Positions 12,741-30,006 of a stretch of 64,000 nucleotides of DNA are shown here, in pieces; the first letter of the stretch is position 1; every line of letters starts with the position of its first letter. The stretch lies in assembly GCF_009914755.1 (NCBI RefSeq), contig NC_060925.1, one strand, 5' to 3'. The notes beneath the pieces were generated by a model. It saw only the letters and a list, made by a program, of their open reading frames with translations, had not been told where the DNA came from and ran no database searches. Source of the DNA: the human T2T-CHM13v2.0 reference genome, Homo sapiens. The position numbers and the translations under genes were made by a program.

Positions 12741-15077
12741 ACACAGATTTCCTTACATCCATAATGGTGATAATACCATCTGTCTGCTTACCTTATCAAC
12801 TGCTAAGAAGATCAAAAAGATATTGGATGTGAAAAAAAAAATCACAAGAGGGCAGAGCAGGGTGGCTGAACAGAAGCCTTCACCAATCATCCCCCACTCA
12901 GGGACACCAAATTTACCAACTATCTACACATAAAAAAGCACCTTCATGAGAACAAAAAGTCACATAAGCAATCACAGCACCTGGTTTTAACTTCATATTG
13001 CTGAAGGAGGCACTGAAGAGAGTAGGAAAGACAGTCTTGAATCACTGATGCCACTCCTCCCCATCCCCTGATAGCAGCCATGTGGCACAGAGAATCCATG
13101 CATTTGGGACAGGGAGATTGCCCAGTGATTGTGGGACCCTGCATTGAACTCAGTGCTGCCATATCATGGCAGAAAGCAAAACCAGGCTAAACTCAGCTGA
13201 TGCCCACCAACGGAGGGACCATGTAAACCAACCCTAGCAAGAGAAGAATTGCCCATCCTAGTTGTTGGAAATTGAGTTTTGACAAGCCTCGCTACCACAG
13301 GCTAAACTGCTCTGGGGTTCTAAATAAACCTGAAAGGCAGTCTTGGCCACAAGGACTGCAGTTCCTAGGCAACTGCTAGTGTTGTGCTGGGCTCAGAACC
13401 AGTGGATGTTGGGGGCAAGCAACCTAGTGAGACACCAACCAAGGCAGCTAAGGGAGGGCCTGCACCACCCCTCCCACAACCCAAGGCTCTCCAGCTTGCA
13501 GTAATAAAAGTAGCTTCTTCCTTCTACTGACAGAGGAGAGGGAGGATTAAAGAGGAGTTTTGCATCCCAGATATCAGCTCAGCCACAGTAGGACAGGGCA
13601 CAAGGCAGAGTTGCAAGGTCCCCGTTTCAGACCCTAGCTTTCAGACAACATATCTAGACACACTTTGCGCCAGAAGGGAACCCATTGCCTTGAAGGGAAG
13701 GACCCAGTCCTGGCAGCATTGTCACCTGCTGACTTCAGAGCCCTTGGGCTCTGAAGAATGAGCAGTAATACCCAGGTCATACACCTTAGATGAGACTCTG
13801 AGCTGTACTGGCTTCAGGTGAAACCCAGCACATTCCCAGCTATGGTGGCTATAATGAAAGACTCCTTCTGTTTGACAAAAGCAGACAGAAAAGTAAAGGG
13901 AACTTTGTCTTGCACCTTAAGTACCAACTCAGTTATAGTAGGGTAGAGCACCAGGCAGTCTCTTGGAGTCCCTGATACCAGGTGTTGACTCTTGGATGGC
14001 ATTTTATGTCCTGGGCTAGAGGGGAGCCTATTGACCTGAAGGCAACTCTAGGTCCACCCAGGGCCTGGGGGAACTCGTGGCTCTGAAGGGAATGGTACAA
14101 GCCTGTCTGGCTTTTCCACCTGCTGATTGTAGATCCCTAAAGCCTTAAGTAAATATAGGTGATAGCCATGTAATGGTTACAGCAGGCCTTGGGCAAGACC
14201 CAATGCTACGCTGGCTTAAGGTCTGACCCAACATAGTCCCAATGGTGGTGGCTACATAATTGCTCATGTCAACCCACCCCAGCTCCAGGTGACTCAGCAC
14301 AGAGAGAAAGAGAGAGAGAGACACTCTGTTTGGGAGAAAGTAAGAGAAGAGAACAAGAGTCTCTTCCTGGTAATTGAGAGAATTCTTCCAAACCTTATCC
14401 AAAACCAAGGCAGTACCTCTATGAATCTGCAAGAACTACAGTATTACTGGCCTTGGGGTGCCCCTAATACAGACATTATATCACAATACCCAAGTCCCTT
14501 TGAATACCTGGAAAACCTTCCCAAGAAGGACAGGCACAAACAAGCCCAGACAGTGAAGACTGCAATAAACACAAAATTCTTCAATGCCCAGATACCAATT
14601 AACATCCATAAGCACCAAGACTATCAAAGAAAAGTGGCCTGACCAAACAAACTAAATAAAGAACCAAAGACCAACCTGGAGAAACATGTGACTGTTCAGA
14701 CAAAGAATTCAAAATCTATTTTGAGGAAATTCAAAGAAATTCAAGATGACACAGAAGGAATTCAGATTCTGTCAGATAAATTTAACAAAGAGATTGAAAT
14801 AACTTCAAAGAATCAAACAGAAATTTTGGAGTTGAAAAATGCAATTGGCATACTGAAAAACACATCAAAGTCTCTTTATAGCAGAATTGGTCAAAGAGAA
14901 GAAAGAATTAGTGAGCCTGAACACACACTATTTGAAAATATACAGTTAGAAGAGACAAAAGAAAAAAGAATGAAGCATGCCTTGAAGACCTAGAGAATAG
15001 CCTCAAAAGGGTAAATCTAAGAGTTATTGGCCTTAAAGAGGAGATAAAGACACAGATAGGGGTAGAAAGTTTATTCA

Positions 15078-15387
<310 letters not shown>

Positions 15388-16434
15388 AAGAAATAATAAT
15401 GGAGAACTTTCCAAATCTAGGGAAAGATATCAATATGCAAGTACAAGAAAGTTATAGAACACCAAGTAGCTTTAACCCAAATAAGACTACATCAAAGCAT
15501 TTCATAATCAAACTCCCTAAGGTCAAGGATAAAAATGATAGCCTAAAAGCAGCAAGATAAAAGAAACAAATGACATACAATGGAGCTCCAGTATGTCCGG
15601 CAGCAGACTTTTCTGTGGAAACTTTACAGGCCAGAAGAGAGTGGTATAACATACTTAAAGTGCTGAAGGAAAAAAACTTTTACACTAGAATAATATATAC
15701 AGTGGAACTATCCCTCAAACATGAAGGAGAAATAAAGACTTTCCCAGACAAACAAAAGTTGAAGTATTTCATCAACACCAGACTTGCCCTACAAGAAATG
15801 CTAAAGGAAGCTCTTCAACCAGAAAGGAAAGGATATTAATGAGCAACAATATATCATCTGAAGGTACTAAATTCATTGGTCATTGTAAGCACAGAAAAAC
15901 ACAAATAACGTTAACACTGTTAACTGTAGCATGTAAACTACTCATATCTTAAGTAGAAAGACTAAATATGAACCAATCAAAAATAATAACTACAACAACT
16001 TTTCAACATGTAGACATTACAATAAGATATAAATAGACACAAGGAAAAGTTAAAAAGCAGGGGGACAGAGTTAGAGTGTAGAGTTTTTATTAGTTTTCGT
16101 TTTCCTTGTTTGTTTGTGCAGGCAGTGTTGTCATTAGTTTAAAATAATGGGTTATAAAATAGTATTTGCAATCCTTGTGGTAACCTCAAATCAAAAAACA
16201 TACAACAGATACACAAAAAATAAAAAACAAAAGATTAAATCATACCACCAGAGAAAATCACCTTCACTGAAAGGAAGACAGGCAGGAAGGAAAGAAGAAA
16301 AAGGCCAGAAAACAAATAACAAAATGGCAGGAGTAACTCCTTCTTTCCTTCTTATCAATAATAACATTGAATGTAAATACACTAAACTCTCCAATCAAAA
16401 GACATAGAGTAGCTGCATGGATTTTTTGTAAAAA

Positions 16435-19400
16435 TTTACCAAGGAACATTTACCAAGCAAATGGAAAGAAAAAAAAAAAAAAGCAGGGGTTGCAATCCTA
16501 GTCTCTGACAAAACAGATTTTAAACCAACAAAGATCAAAATAAATAAAGATGGGCATTCCATAATGGTAAAGGAACCAATTCAACAAGAAGAGCTAACTA
16601 TCCTAAATATATGTGCACCCAATACAGGAGCACCCAGATTCATAAAACAAGTTCTTAGAGACCTACAAAGAAACTTAGACTCCCACACAATAATAGTGGG
16701 AGACTTTAACACCCCACTGTCAATATTAAACAGATCAACATGACAGAAAATTAACAAGGATATTCAGGACTTCAACTCAGCTCTGGATCAAACGGACCTA
16801 ATAGACATCTACAGAACTCTCCATGCCAAATCAACAGAATGTACATTTTTCTCAGTGCCACATTGCACCTATTCTAAAATCAACCATATAATTGGAAGTA
16901 AAACACTCCTCAGCAAATGCAAAAGAACCGAAATCATAACAAACAGTCTCTCAGACAACAGTGCAATCAAATTACAACTCAGGATTAAGAAACTCACTCA
17001 AAACCACACAGCTGCATGGAAATTGAACAACCTGCTCTTGAGTGATTCCTAGGTAAATAATGGAATTAAAGCAGAAATCAAAAAGTCCTTTGAAACTAGT
17101 GAGAACAAAAAAACAATGTACCAGAATCTCTGGGACCCAGCTAAAGCAGTGTTACAAGAGAAACTTATAGCACTAAATACTCACATCAGAAAGCTAGAAA
17201 GATCTCAGATCAACACCATAACATCACATTAGAAGAGCTAAAGAAGCAAAAGCAAACAAATCTAAAAGCTAGCAGAAGACAAGAAATAACTAAGATCAGA
17301 GCAGAACTGAAAGAGATAGAGACATGAAAAGCCCTTCAAAAAAATCAGTGAATCCAGGAGCTGGTTTTTTGAAAAAAATAACAAAATAAATAGATTGCTA
17401 GCTAGACTAATAAAGAAGAAAAGAGAGAAGAATCAAATAGACACAATAAAAAAAAGATAAAGGAGACATCACCACTGACCCCACAGAAATACAAACTACC
17501 ATCAGAGAAAACTATAAACACCTCTGTGCAAATAAACTAGAAAATCTAGAAGAAATGGATAAAATCCTGGACACATACACCTGCCCAAGACTAAGCCAGG
17601 AAGAAGTTGAATCCCTGAATAGACCAATAACAAGCTCTGAAATTGAGGCAGAAATTAATAGCCTACCTACCAAAAAAATCCCAGGACCAGATGGATTTAC
17701 AGCCAAATTCTACCAGAGGTACAAAGAGGAGCTGGTACCATTCCTTCTGAAACTATCCCAAACAATTGAAAAGGAGGGACTCCTCCCTAACTCATTTCAT
17801 GAAGCCACCGTCATCCTGATACCAAAACCTGGCAGAGACAAAACAAAAAAAGAAAGCTTCAGGCCAATATCCCTGGTGAACATTGATGCAGAAATCCTCA
17901 ATAAAATACTGGCAAACTGAATCCAGCAGCACATCAACAAGCTTATCCACCATGATCAAGTCGACTTCATTCATGGGATGCAAGGCTGGTTCAACATACA
18001 CAAATCAATAAACATAATCCATCACACAAACAGAATCACTGACAAAAACCACATGACTATCTCAACAGATGCAGAAAAAGCCTTTGATAAAATTTAACAT
18101 CCTTTCATGTTAAAAACTCTCAATAAACTAAGTATTAATGGAACATATCTCAAAATAATAAGAACCATTTATGACAAACCCACAGCCAATATCATACTGA
18201 ATGGGCAAAAGCTGGAAGCATTCTTTTTGAAAACCGGCACAGGACAAGGATGCCCCCTCTCAATACTTCTATTCAACATAGTATTGGAAGTTCTGGCCAG
18301 GGCAATCAGGCAAGAGAAAGAAATAAAGCGTATTCAAATAGGAAGAGAAGAAGTCAAATTGTCTCTGTTTGCAGACGACCTGATTGACTATTTAGAAAAC
18401 CCCAGCATCTCAGCCCAATATGCAAAATCACAAGCATTCCTACACACCAACGATAGACAGACAGCCAAATCATGAATGAACTCCCATTCACAATTCCCAT
18501 TCCCATTCACAATTGATACAAAGAGAATAAAATACCTAGGAATACAGCTAACAAGGGGTGTAAAGGACCTCTTCAAGGAGTACTGACAAACCACTGCTCA
18601 AGGAAATAAGAGAGAACACAAACAAATGGAAAAATATTCCATCCTCATTGATAGAAAGAATCAATATCATGAAAATGGCCATACTGCCCAAAGTAATTTA
18701 TAGATTCAATGCTATTCCCATCAAACTACCATTGACATTATTCACAGAACTAGAAAAAGGTACTTTAAATTTCATATGGAAACAAAAAAGAACCTGTATA
18801 GCCAAGACAATCCTAAGCAGAAAGAACAAAGCTGGAGGCATCATGCTATCTGACTTCAAACTATACTACAAGGCCACAGTAACCAAAACAGCATGGTTCT
18901 GGTACCAAAAGAGACATATAGACCAATGGAACAGAACAGATACCTCACATATCTATAACCATCTGATCTTTGACAAACCTGACAAAAACAAGCAACAGGC
19001 AAATGATTCCCTATTTAATAAATGGTGTGGGGAAAATGGCTAGCCATATGCAGAAAACTGAAACTGGACCCTTCCTTACATCTTATACAAAAATTAACTC
19101 AAGATGGATTAAAAACTTAAATGTAAAACCCAAAACCATAAAAGCCCTAGAAGAAAACCTAGGCAATACCATTCAGGACATAGGCATAAGCAAAGACTTC
19201 ATGATGAAAACACCAAAAGCAATTACAACAAAAGCCAAAATTGACAAATGAGATCTAATTAAACTAAAGAGCTTCTGCACAGCAAAATAAACTATCATCA
19301 GAGTGAATAAGCAACCTACAGAATGGGAGAAAATTTTTGCAATCTACCCATCTGACAAACTCTAATATCCAGAATCTACAAGGAACTTAAACAAATTTAC

Positions 19401-20284
19401 AGGAAAAATACAAACAACCACATCAAAAAGTGGGCAAAGCATATGAACACACACTTCTTGAAAGAAGACATTTATGTAGCCAACAAACATATGAAAAAAA
19501 GCTCATCATCACTGATCATTAGAGAAATGCAAATCAAAACCACAATGAGATACCATCTCATGCCAGTCAGAACAGTGATGATTAAAAAGTCAAGAAACAA
19601 TAGATGCTGGCAAAGCTGTGGAGAAAAAGGAATGCTTTTACACTGTTGGTGGTAATGTAAATTAGTTCAACTATTGTAGATGACAGTGTGGCAATTTCTC
19701 AAGGATCTAGAACCAGAAATACCATTTGATCCAGCAACCCCATTACTGGGTATATACCTAAAGGATTATAAATCATTCTACTATAAAGACACATGCACAC
19801 ATATGTTTATTGCAGCACTATTTACAATAACAAAGATGTGGAACCAACCCAAATGCCCAACAATGATAGACTAGATAAAGAAAATGTGATATGTATACAC
19901 CATGGAATACTATGCAGCCATAAAAAGGAATGAGATCATGTCCTTTGCAGGGACATGGATGAAGCTGGAAGGCATCATTCTCAGCAAACTAACACAGGAA
20001 TAGAAAACCAAACACTGCATGTTCTCATTCATAAGTGTGAATTGAACAATGAGAACACATGGACACAGGGAGGGGAACAACATGTACCAGGGCCAGTCGG
20101 GGAGTGGGGGATGAGGGGAGGGAGAGCATTAGGACAAATAGCTAATACATGTAGGGCTTAAAACCTAGATAATGATTTGACATGTGCAGCAAACCACCAT
20201 GCCACACGTATACCTGTGTAACAAACCTACACATTCTGCACTTGTATACCAGAACTTAAAGTAAAATAAAAATAATAATAGTAA
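16435..20284 (+). mobile_element. 5'-truncated L1PA7/8-like LINE (ORF2 EN/RT remnant + 3'UTR) nested in the L1MA
   Basis: ORF2 peptides ([29 protein letters not shown]) with many stops and frameshifts; primate L1PA 3'UTR (gggagagcattaggacaaata...cttaaaacctagat...ccagaacttaaagtaaaat) and A-rich tail. Confidence 0.9.
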
Positions 20285-20709
20285 TAAACAAGCCTCCATG
20301 ATCTGCTGCCTACAAGAAACACACTTCACCTATAAAGACACACATAGACTGAAAGTAGAGATGTAAAAAGATATTCCACGTCAATGGAAACCAAAAAAGA
20401 GTAATGGTAGTTATACCTACATCAGACAAAATAGATTTTGGGACAAAAACCATAAGAAGAGACAAAGAATGTCATTATATGATTATTAAGGGGTCAATTC
20501 AGCAAGAGGATGTAACAACTATAGGAATACCCAGATATATAAAGCAAGTATTATTAGAGCTAGAGGGAGAGATAGACCCCAATACAATAATTCCTGGAGA
20601 TGTCAACACCTCAATTTCAGATCTTTCAGACAGAAATCAACAAAGAAATATGGAACTTAATCTGCATTACACACCAAGTGAACCTAGTAGATATTTACAG
20701 AACATTTAA

Positions 20710-21111
<402 letters not shown>

Positions 21112-21416
21112 CACAGTACAAGTCTTAAAACATTCAAGAAATGAAATAATATCAAATATCTTCTCTTCCCTAACCATAATGGAATAAAACTAGGAATCAA
21201 TGCCAAGAGGAATTTTGGAAACTATAAAAACACACTGAAATTAAATAATATGCTTCTGAATGACCAGTGGGTCAATAAAGAAATTAAGAAGAAAATTGAC
21301 AAATTTCTTGAAACAAATGATAATGGAAACACAACATACCAAACCCTATGGGATACAGCAAAAGCAGTACTAAAAAGGAAATTTACAGTCATAAGTGTCT
21401 ACATCAAAAAAGAAAA

Positions 21417-21716
21417 GGGTGGGGCAGTGGCACATGTCTGTAATCCCAGCATTTTGGGAGGCCAAGGCAGGCATATTGCTCGAGCTCAGGAGTTCGAGAC
21501 CAGCCTGAGCAGCATGGTGACACTCTGTCTGTACAAATACAAGACAATTAGCCAAGTACAGAGGTGCACACCTGTAGTCCCAGCTACTCAGGAGACTGAG
21601 GTGGGAGGATTGCTTGAAACTGGGAGGTCAAGGCTGCAGTAAAACAAGATCATGCCACTGCACTCCAGCCTGGGCAGCAGAGTAAGAACTTGCCTCAATA
21701 AAAATTAAAAATAAAA
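21417..21716 (+). mobile_element. AluJ SINE
   Basis: ttgctcgagctcagg, gggaggattgcttga, gtcaaggctgcagt. Confidence 0.92.
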
Positions 21717-22110
21717 AAGAAGAAAAACTTCAATAAATAAACTAATGATGTGTTTAAAGAACTAGAAAAGCAAGAATAAACCAAACTCAAAATTAGTGGA
21801 AGAAAAGATATAATAAATATTAAAGCAGGAATAAATGAAATTGGAAAAAAGAAAACAATACAAAAAATCAACAAAATAGAAAGTTGGTTTTTGGAAAGAT
21901 AAAAAATTGACAAACCTTTAGCCAGACTAAGAAAAAAGAGATAAGATCCATATACATAAAATCAGAGATAAAAAAGGAGACATTGCAACCAGTACCACAG
22001 AAACTCAAAGGATCATTAATAGCTACTATGACCAACTATATTCCAATAAATTGAAAAATCCAGAATAAACAAATTCCTAGGCACATACAACCTATCAAGA
22101 TTGAACCATA

Positions 22111-22407
22111 GGCTGGGTATGGTGGCTCACGCCTCTAATTGCAGCACTTTGGGAGACAAAAGCAGGCAGATTGCTTGAGCCCAGAAGTTTGAGACCAGCC
22201 AGAGCAACATGGCAAAACCCCATACAAAAATTAGCCAGGCATTGTGGCGTGTGTTTGTAGTCCCAGCTACTCGGAAGGCTGAGGTGGGAGGACCACCTGT
22301 GTCCAGGAGGACAAGGCTACAGGGAGCCGTGATCACATCATTGTACTCCAGCCTGGGCAACAGGGTGAGATCCTGTCTCAAAAAAAACAAAAAGGAAATT
22401 TTTTAAA
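22111..22407 (+). mobile_element. AluJ SINE
   Basis: gattgcttgagcccag; TSD aagattgaac(c/a)at. Confidence 0.92.
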
Positions 22408-22905
22408 AAGATTGAACAATGAAGAAATCCAAAACCTGAACAAACCAATAACAAGAAACAAGATGAAAGTCATAATAAAAGGTCTCTCAGCAAAGAAAAG
22501 TCTGGGACCCAATGGCTTCACTCTTGAATTCCACCAAGCCTTTAAAGAACTAATACCAACCCCACTCAAATTATTCCAAAACAATAGCGGAGAGGATACT
22601 TCCAAACTCATTCTACAAAGCCAGTATTACCTTGATATCAAAATGAGACAAAGACACATGAAAAAAAGAAAACTACAGGACAATTTCCCTAATGAATATT
22701 GATCCAAAAATCCTCAACAAAATACTAGCAAAGTAGATGCAACAGCACATTAAAAAGATCATTCACTATGACCAAGTGGGATTTATCCCTGGGATGCAAG
22801 GATGGTCCAACATATGCAAATCAATCAATGTGATACATCAATCATATCAACAGAATGGAGGACAAAAACCATGTGATCATCTCAATTGATGCTGAAAAAG
22901 AAATT

Positions 22906-23470
22906 TGGATATTTTAACAATATTGATTCTCCCAATCCATGAACATGGAATATTGTTCCATTTTTATGTCCTCTTTAATTTCTTTCATCAATATTTTATA
23001 GTTTCATTGTAGAGATCTTTCACTTCTTTAATTAAGTTCATTCCTAGGTATTTTATTGTATTTGTTGCTATTATAAATGAGATTAGCTTTGTGATTTTTC
23101 AGATTGTTCACTGTTCGCAGATGGAAATGCCACTGATTTTGTATCCTGCAACTTTACTTAATTTGTCAGTTCTAACAGTTTTTCTGTGGAGTCTTTAGGT
23201 TTTTCCAAATATAAGATCATATGATCTGCAAACAAGAAAAATTTGACTTCTTTCTTTCCAATTTTGATGCCCTTAATTTCTTTCTCTTATCTTAGTGTTC
23301 TATCTAGGACTTCCAGTACTATGTTGAGTAACAGTGATGACAGTGGTCATCCTTGTCATGTTCTAGATCTTAGAGAAAAGGCTTTCAGTTTTTTCCCCAT
23401 TTGGTATGGTGCTAGCTTTGGATGTGTCAAATATGGCTTTTAATATGTTGAGGTATGTTGCTTCTATACC
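22906..23470 (-). mobile_element. Inverted internal segment of L1MA ORF2 (RT region)
   Basis: Reverse complement of L1 RT sequence (gatcatatgatctgcaaacaag = LFADHMI), flanked on both sides by sense L1. Confidence 0.92.
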
Positions 23471-23986
23471 CATATTGTTAAAATATCCATACTACCTAAA
23501 GCAATCTACAGATTCAGTGCAACCCCTATCAAAATATCAATGACATTCTTTAACAAAATAGAAAAAGCAATCCTAAAATTTATGTGGAACCACAGAAGAC
23601 CCAGAATAGCCAAAGCTATCCTAAGCAAAAAGAAAAAAAACTGGGAATCACGTTACCTGACTTCAAATTACACTACAGAGCTATGGTAACTAAAACAGCA
23701 TGGTACTGGCATAAAAAGTGACACATAGAGCAAGAGAACAGAATAAAGAACCAAAAGTAAATCCACACATCTACAGTGAACTCATTTTTGAAAAAGTTTC
23801 CAGGAACGTACACTAGGGATAGGATATTCTCTTCAATAAATACTGCTGGGAAAACTGAATATCCATATGCAGAAGAATGAAACTTGACCTCTATCTCTCA
23901 TCATATATAAAAATCAAATCTAAATTGATTAAAGACATAAATCTGAGACCTCAAACTATGAAACTACTACAAGAAAACACTGGGGA

Positions 23987-24322
<336 letters not shown>

Positions 24323-26000
24323 CTAGGACATTACAGTGGGCAAAGATTTCTTTACCCCACAAGCACAGGCAACCAAAGCAAAAATGAACAAATGGGATCA
24401 CACCAAGTTAGAATGCTTCTGCACAACAAAGGCAACAATCAGCAAAGTGAAAAGACAACCCACAGAATGGGAAAAAATATTTGCAAACTACTCATCTGAC
24501 AAGGGATTAATAACCAGAGTATGTAAGGAGCTCATACAACTCTATAAGAAAAAAATTTCATAATTCAATTAAAAAATTGGCACAGGATCTGAATAGGCAT
24601 TTCTCAAAAGAAGACATAAAAATGGCAAACAGGTTTGTGAAAAGGTGATCAATGTCATTGATCATCAGAGAAATGCAAATCAAAACTACAATGAGATAAC
24701 ATTTCACCTCAGTTAAAATTGTATAGATTCAAAAGTCAAGCAATAATGAATGCTGGCAAGGATATGAAAAAAAGAGAACCCCTGTACACTATTGTTGGGA
24801 ATGTAAATTAATACAACCACTATAACAAACAGTTTGGAGGTTCCTCAGAAAACTGAAAATAAGCTACCTTATAATCCAGCAGTACCACTGCTAGGTATAT
24901 ACCCAAAAGAAAGAAAATCAGTATATCAAAAAGATATCTGCACTCCCACATTTACTGCAGCACTATTCACAACAGCCAAGATTTAGAAGCAACCTAATTG
25001 TCCATCAATAAATAAGTGGACAAAGAAAACATGATATATATACACAATGGAATACTATTCAGCCATGAAAAAGAATGAGATCCTGTCATTTGCAACAACA
25101 TGGATAGAACTGAAGATCATTATGTTAAGTGAAATAAGCACTTAAGTGGAGATGGTTAATGGGTACAAAAATAGAAAGAATTAATAAGAACTAGTATTTG
25201 ATAGCACAATAGGATGACTGTTGTCAATAAAATTTAATTATACATTTTAAAATAACTAAAAAAGTCTAATTGGATTGTTGTTAACACAAAGGATAAATGC
25301 TTAAGGTGATGGATAACTCGTTTACTCTGATGTGATTATAACACATTGCATGCCTGTATCAAAATGTCTCATGTACCTTATAAATATATATACCTACTAT
25401 GTATCCACGAAAATCAAAAATTATAAAAGATAATAGATGTAAATATACTTTATAAAATATGAGGTACTCTACAACAAAAGGCCTTATTATTGTCAACTGT
25501 GTCATGTTGTTAATTAGATTGTCAGTTTCACCACCCAAGCAAAACAGTAAATGCATAATTCATATTTTGACCAAATAAATAAATAAAACAAGCTCATTAT
25601 GACATCTTTAAAATACATTCTCCGAACTCCAACTGCAATTGCAAGTTCTCTAATTTTAAAATCAGGTGCTCCTTCAAGCTGATTAAAACACAATAAAATA
25701 TATCTAAGTATTTTAGCCACACCCTTGCATTATGTATGCTTTACATACAATGTCATGTTATGTCATTCCATTGTATAATAATTTGGGGACAAAAGCTGTA
25801 AAGTATATCTATATAAAATCAGTTCATCTTCTTCACACAAATGACCATTTTCAGAAGGATTCCATTTTTTTCATAATTAAGAAACAGAAAACTCTAAGAT
25901 ACTTTTGACACATACAAAAGTAATACAAACAATAGAGGGAACACTAAAATTAGGCAGCCTATGGTCTATCAACCAAAAAAGGAGCATGGAGCAACTTAAA

Positions 26001-26255
26001 TAATAATAGTAATAATAATGTCAACTCTTTACTGAGCATATATCATGAGCCAGACATTTGTGTTAAATGGTTTGCTTGTATTACCTCTCTGATTCTTCAC
26101 AACCATCCTATCAGGAAGGTATTTAATTATCAGCCCAATTTTATAAATAATGAAGTCCCCAAAAAAGGAGTTAAGTAAGTTGCCAGGGTCATGAAGCTGA
26201 TAAGAAACAAAGGAATTATTAGAATTCAAGTCTGCCAGACTGCAGAGCCCATGGA
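26001..26255 (-). mobile_element. MIR SINE
   Basis: tttactgagca..., cttcacaaccatcctat, gttaagtaagttgccagggtca. Confidence 0.8.
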
Positions 26256-27334
26256 CTCACTTACACTTACTTGGTTGCCACCATTTATTGTAAGAAACAC
26301 CATCTCCAGGTACCAACCCTAAATACACATGACTTAATCTAGATATGCATAGTTTATTTGTCACCAAATTAATATTATATGTGGAAAAATCTCATTTTCT
26401 TTCAAGTTCCGTTGACTCAGTTATTCAGAATACATATAGATAGGTCATTTATAACCACTTAACTCTCTCTAGGTTAAGTGTATAGAACTACTATTCTAGA
26501 ATCTAGCAGGAAGTTTTTAAAGCTAAAAATGTATAAATTCTTCTAATGGGGAAAAATGGTATTTGAGTATTTTTCATGTGACAGATGCTTCACATACTTT
26601 ATCTCACTTAATTCTCAAACACAGTAAAGTAGGTATTAATACCTCAATTTGCTTATGATTAAGCTGAAGTCCAAGCCCAGGATCACACTATAAGAGGCAG
26701 AACGATCATTTGAACCCACACCCTAAATAGGCTCCAAAACCCACTCCCTAACTAGGCCACCCTGCTTAAACTAAGAGTGAAATGTGGGAAAATAGACAAA
26801 TACAGCAAGATTATATGTGCTTGACATATGCTAATACCAATGCAATGTACAACACAGACAAGAGAAACACAGATAGTAGAATTTCAAGATCAATGGAAAA
26901 GATGGATACCTTTCTTGGTGCTTCTTTCTTAGCCCTTCAAAAAATACCTCACAATACTAAACTAGGGGCAAAGGGGCCTCGTAAAACCAGTGAAAAGGGT
27001 TCTTTGTTCTTCAGTTGCTCATGCAATGGTATGAGTCACTATTTCCTTTTGAAATGCAGGAAATATCCCCATCTTGTGGGATTTTAGGGTATTGCTGTAA
27101 CAGACCACTTTGACCATATTACATTTTTGCAACCATAGGCTTTATTGCTTAATAGAAAAGTCCATTATATATATGTTCTAGTTGTTTCAAAGCCAGATAA
27201 CAAACGATTTACATTATACAAATGTGGAGATGTTCCATCACATTTGCATTTCTGAAAAAGAAGAGAATTTCATCCTACCGCACCCCTATATGCAACATAT
27301 TTCTTAAGGACAAGAACCTATGCATGAACCAGGT

Positions 27335-27908
27335 AGTGTTGGTTAATACTGAGTGTCAACTTGATTGGATTGAAGGATGCAAAGTACCAATCCTGGGTGT
27401 GTCTGTGAGGGTATTGCCAAAGGAGATTAACATTTGAGTCAGTGAGCTGGGAAAGGCAGACCCACCCTTAATCTGGGTGGGCACAATCTAATAAGCTGCC
27501 AGCAAATATAAAGCAGGCAGAAAAATGTGAAAAGGCAAGATTGTCCTAGCTTCCCAGTCTACATCTTTCTCCCGTGCTGGATGCTTCCTGCCCTTGAACA
27601 TCAGACTCCAAGTTCTTCAGATTTGGAACTCGGACTGGTTTCATTGCTCCTCAGCTTGCAGATGGCTTATTGTGGGATTGTAGAACCTTGTGATTATGTG
27701 AGTTAACACTACTTAATAAACTCCCCTTTATATATATATATATATATATATGAATTTATAATAGGACAGTAGATAAGACTATAAGGAGACTATAAGGAGA
27801 TAAGATATAAGGATATATATATATCCATATATATATCCATATCCATATATATATTTATATATTTTTATCCTATTAGTTCTGTCCCTCTAGAGGACCCTGA
27901 CCAATACA
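27335..27908 (+). mobile_element. MLT2A2 5' LTR
   Basis: ggttaatactgagtgtcaacttgattggattgaagg ... tataaa ... aataaa ... (TA)n ... ccctgaccaataca. Confidence 0.93.
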
Positions 27909-28037
27909 GGTTTTGGTACCAGCAGTGGTTCTAGAGGAACAGAATATTAAGGATGGAGTTCTTTAGATGGTTTTGGGGTTTCTGGAGTTGGCTGCTTAAT
28001 ATGATTACACCCAAAAACACTAAGGACTCTGCTTCTA

Positions 28038-30006
<1,969 letters not shown>

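Noticed and set aside
17555-19874. Run of L1 ORF2 ORFs as an active LINE-1
   Set aside because: Multiple stops and frameshifts, an internal deletion near 18418, 5' truncation and an old subfamily
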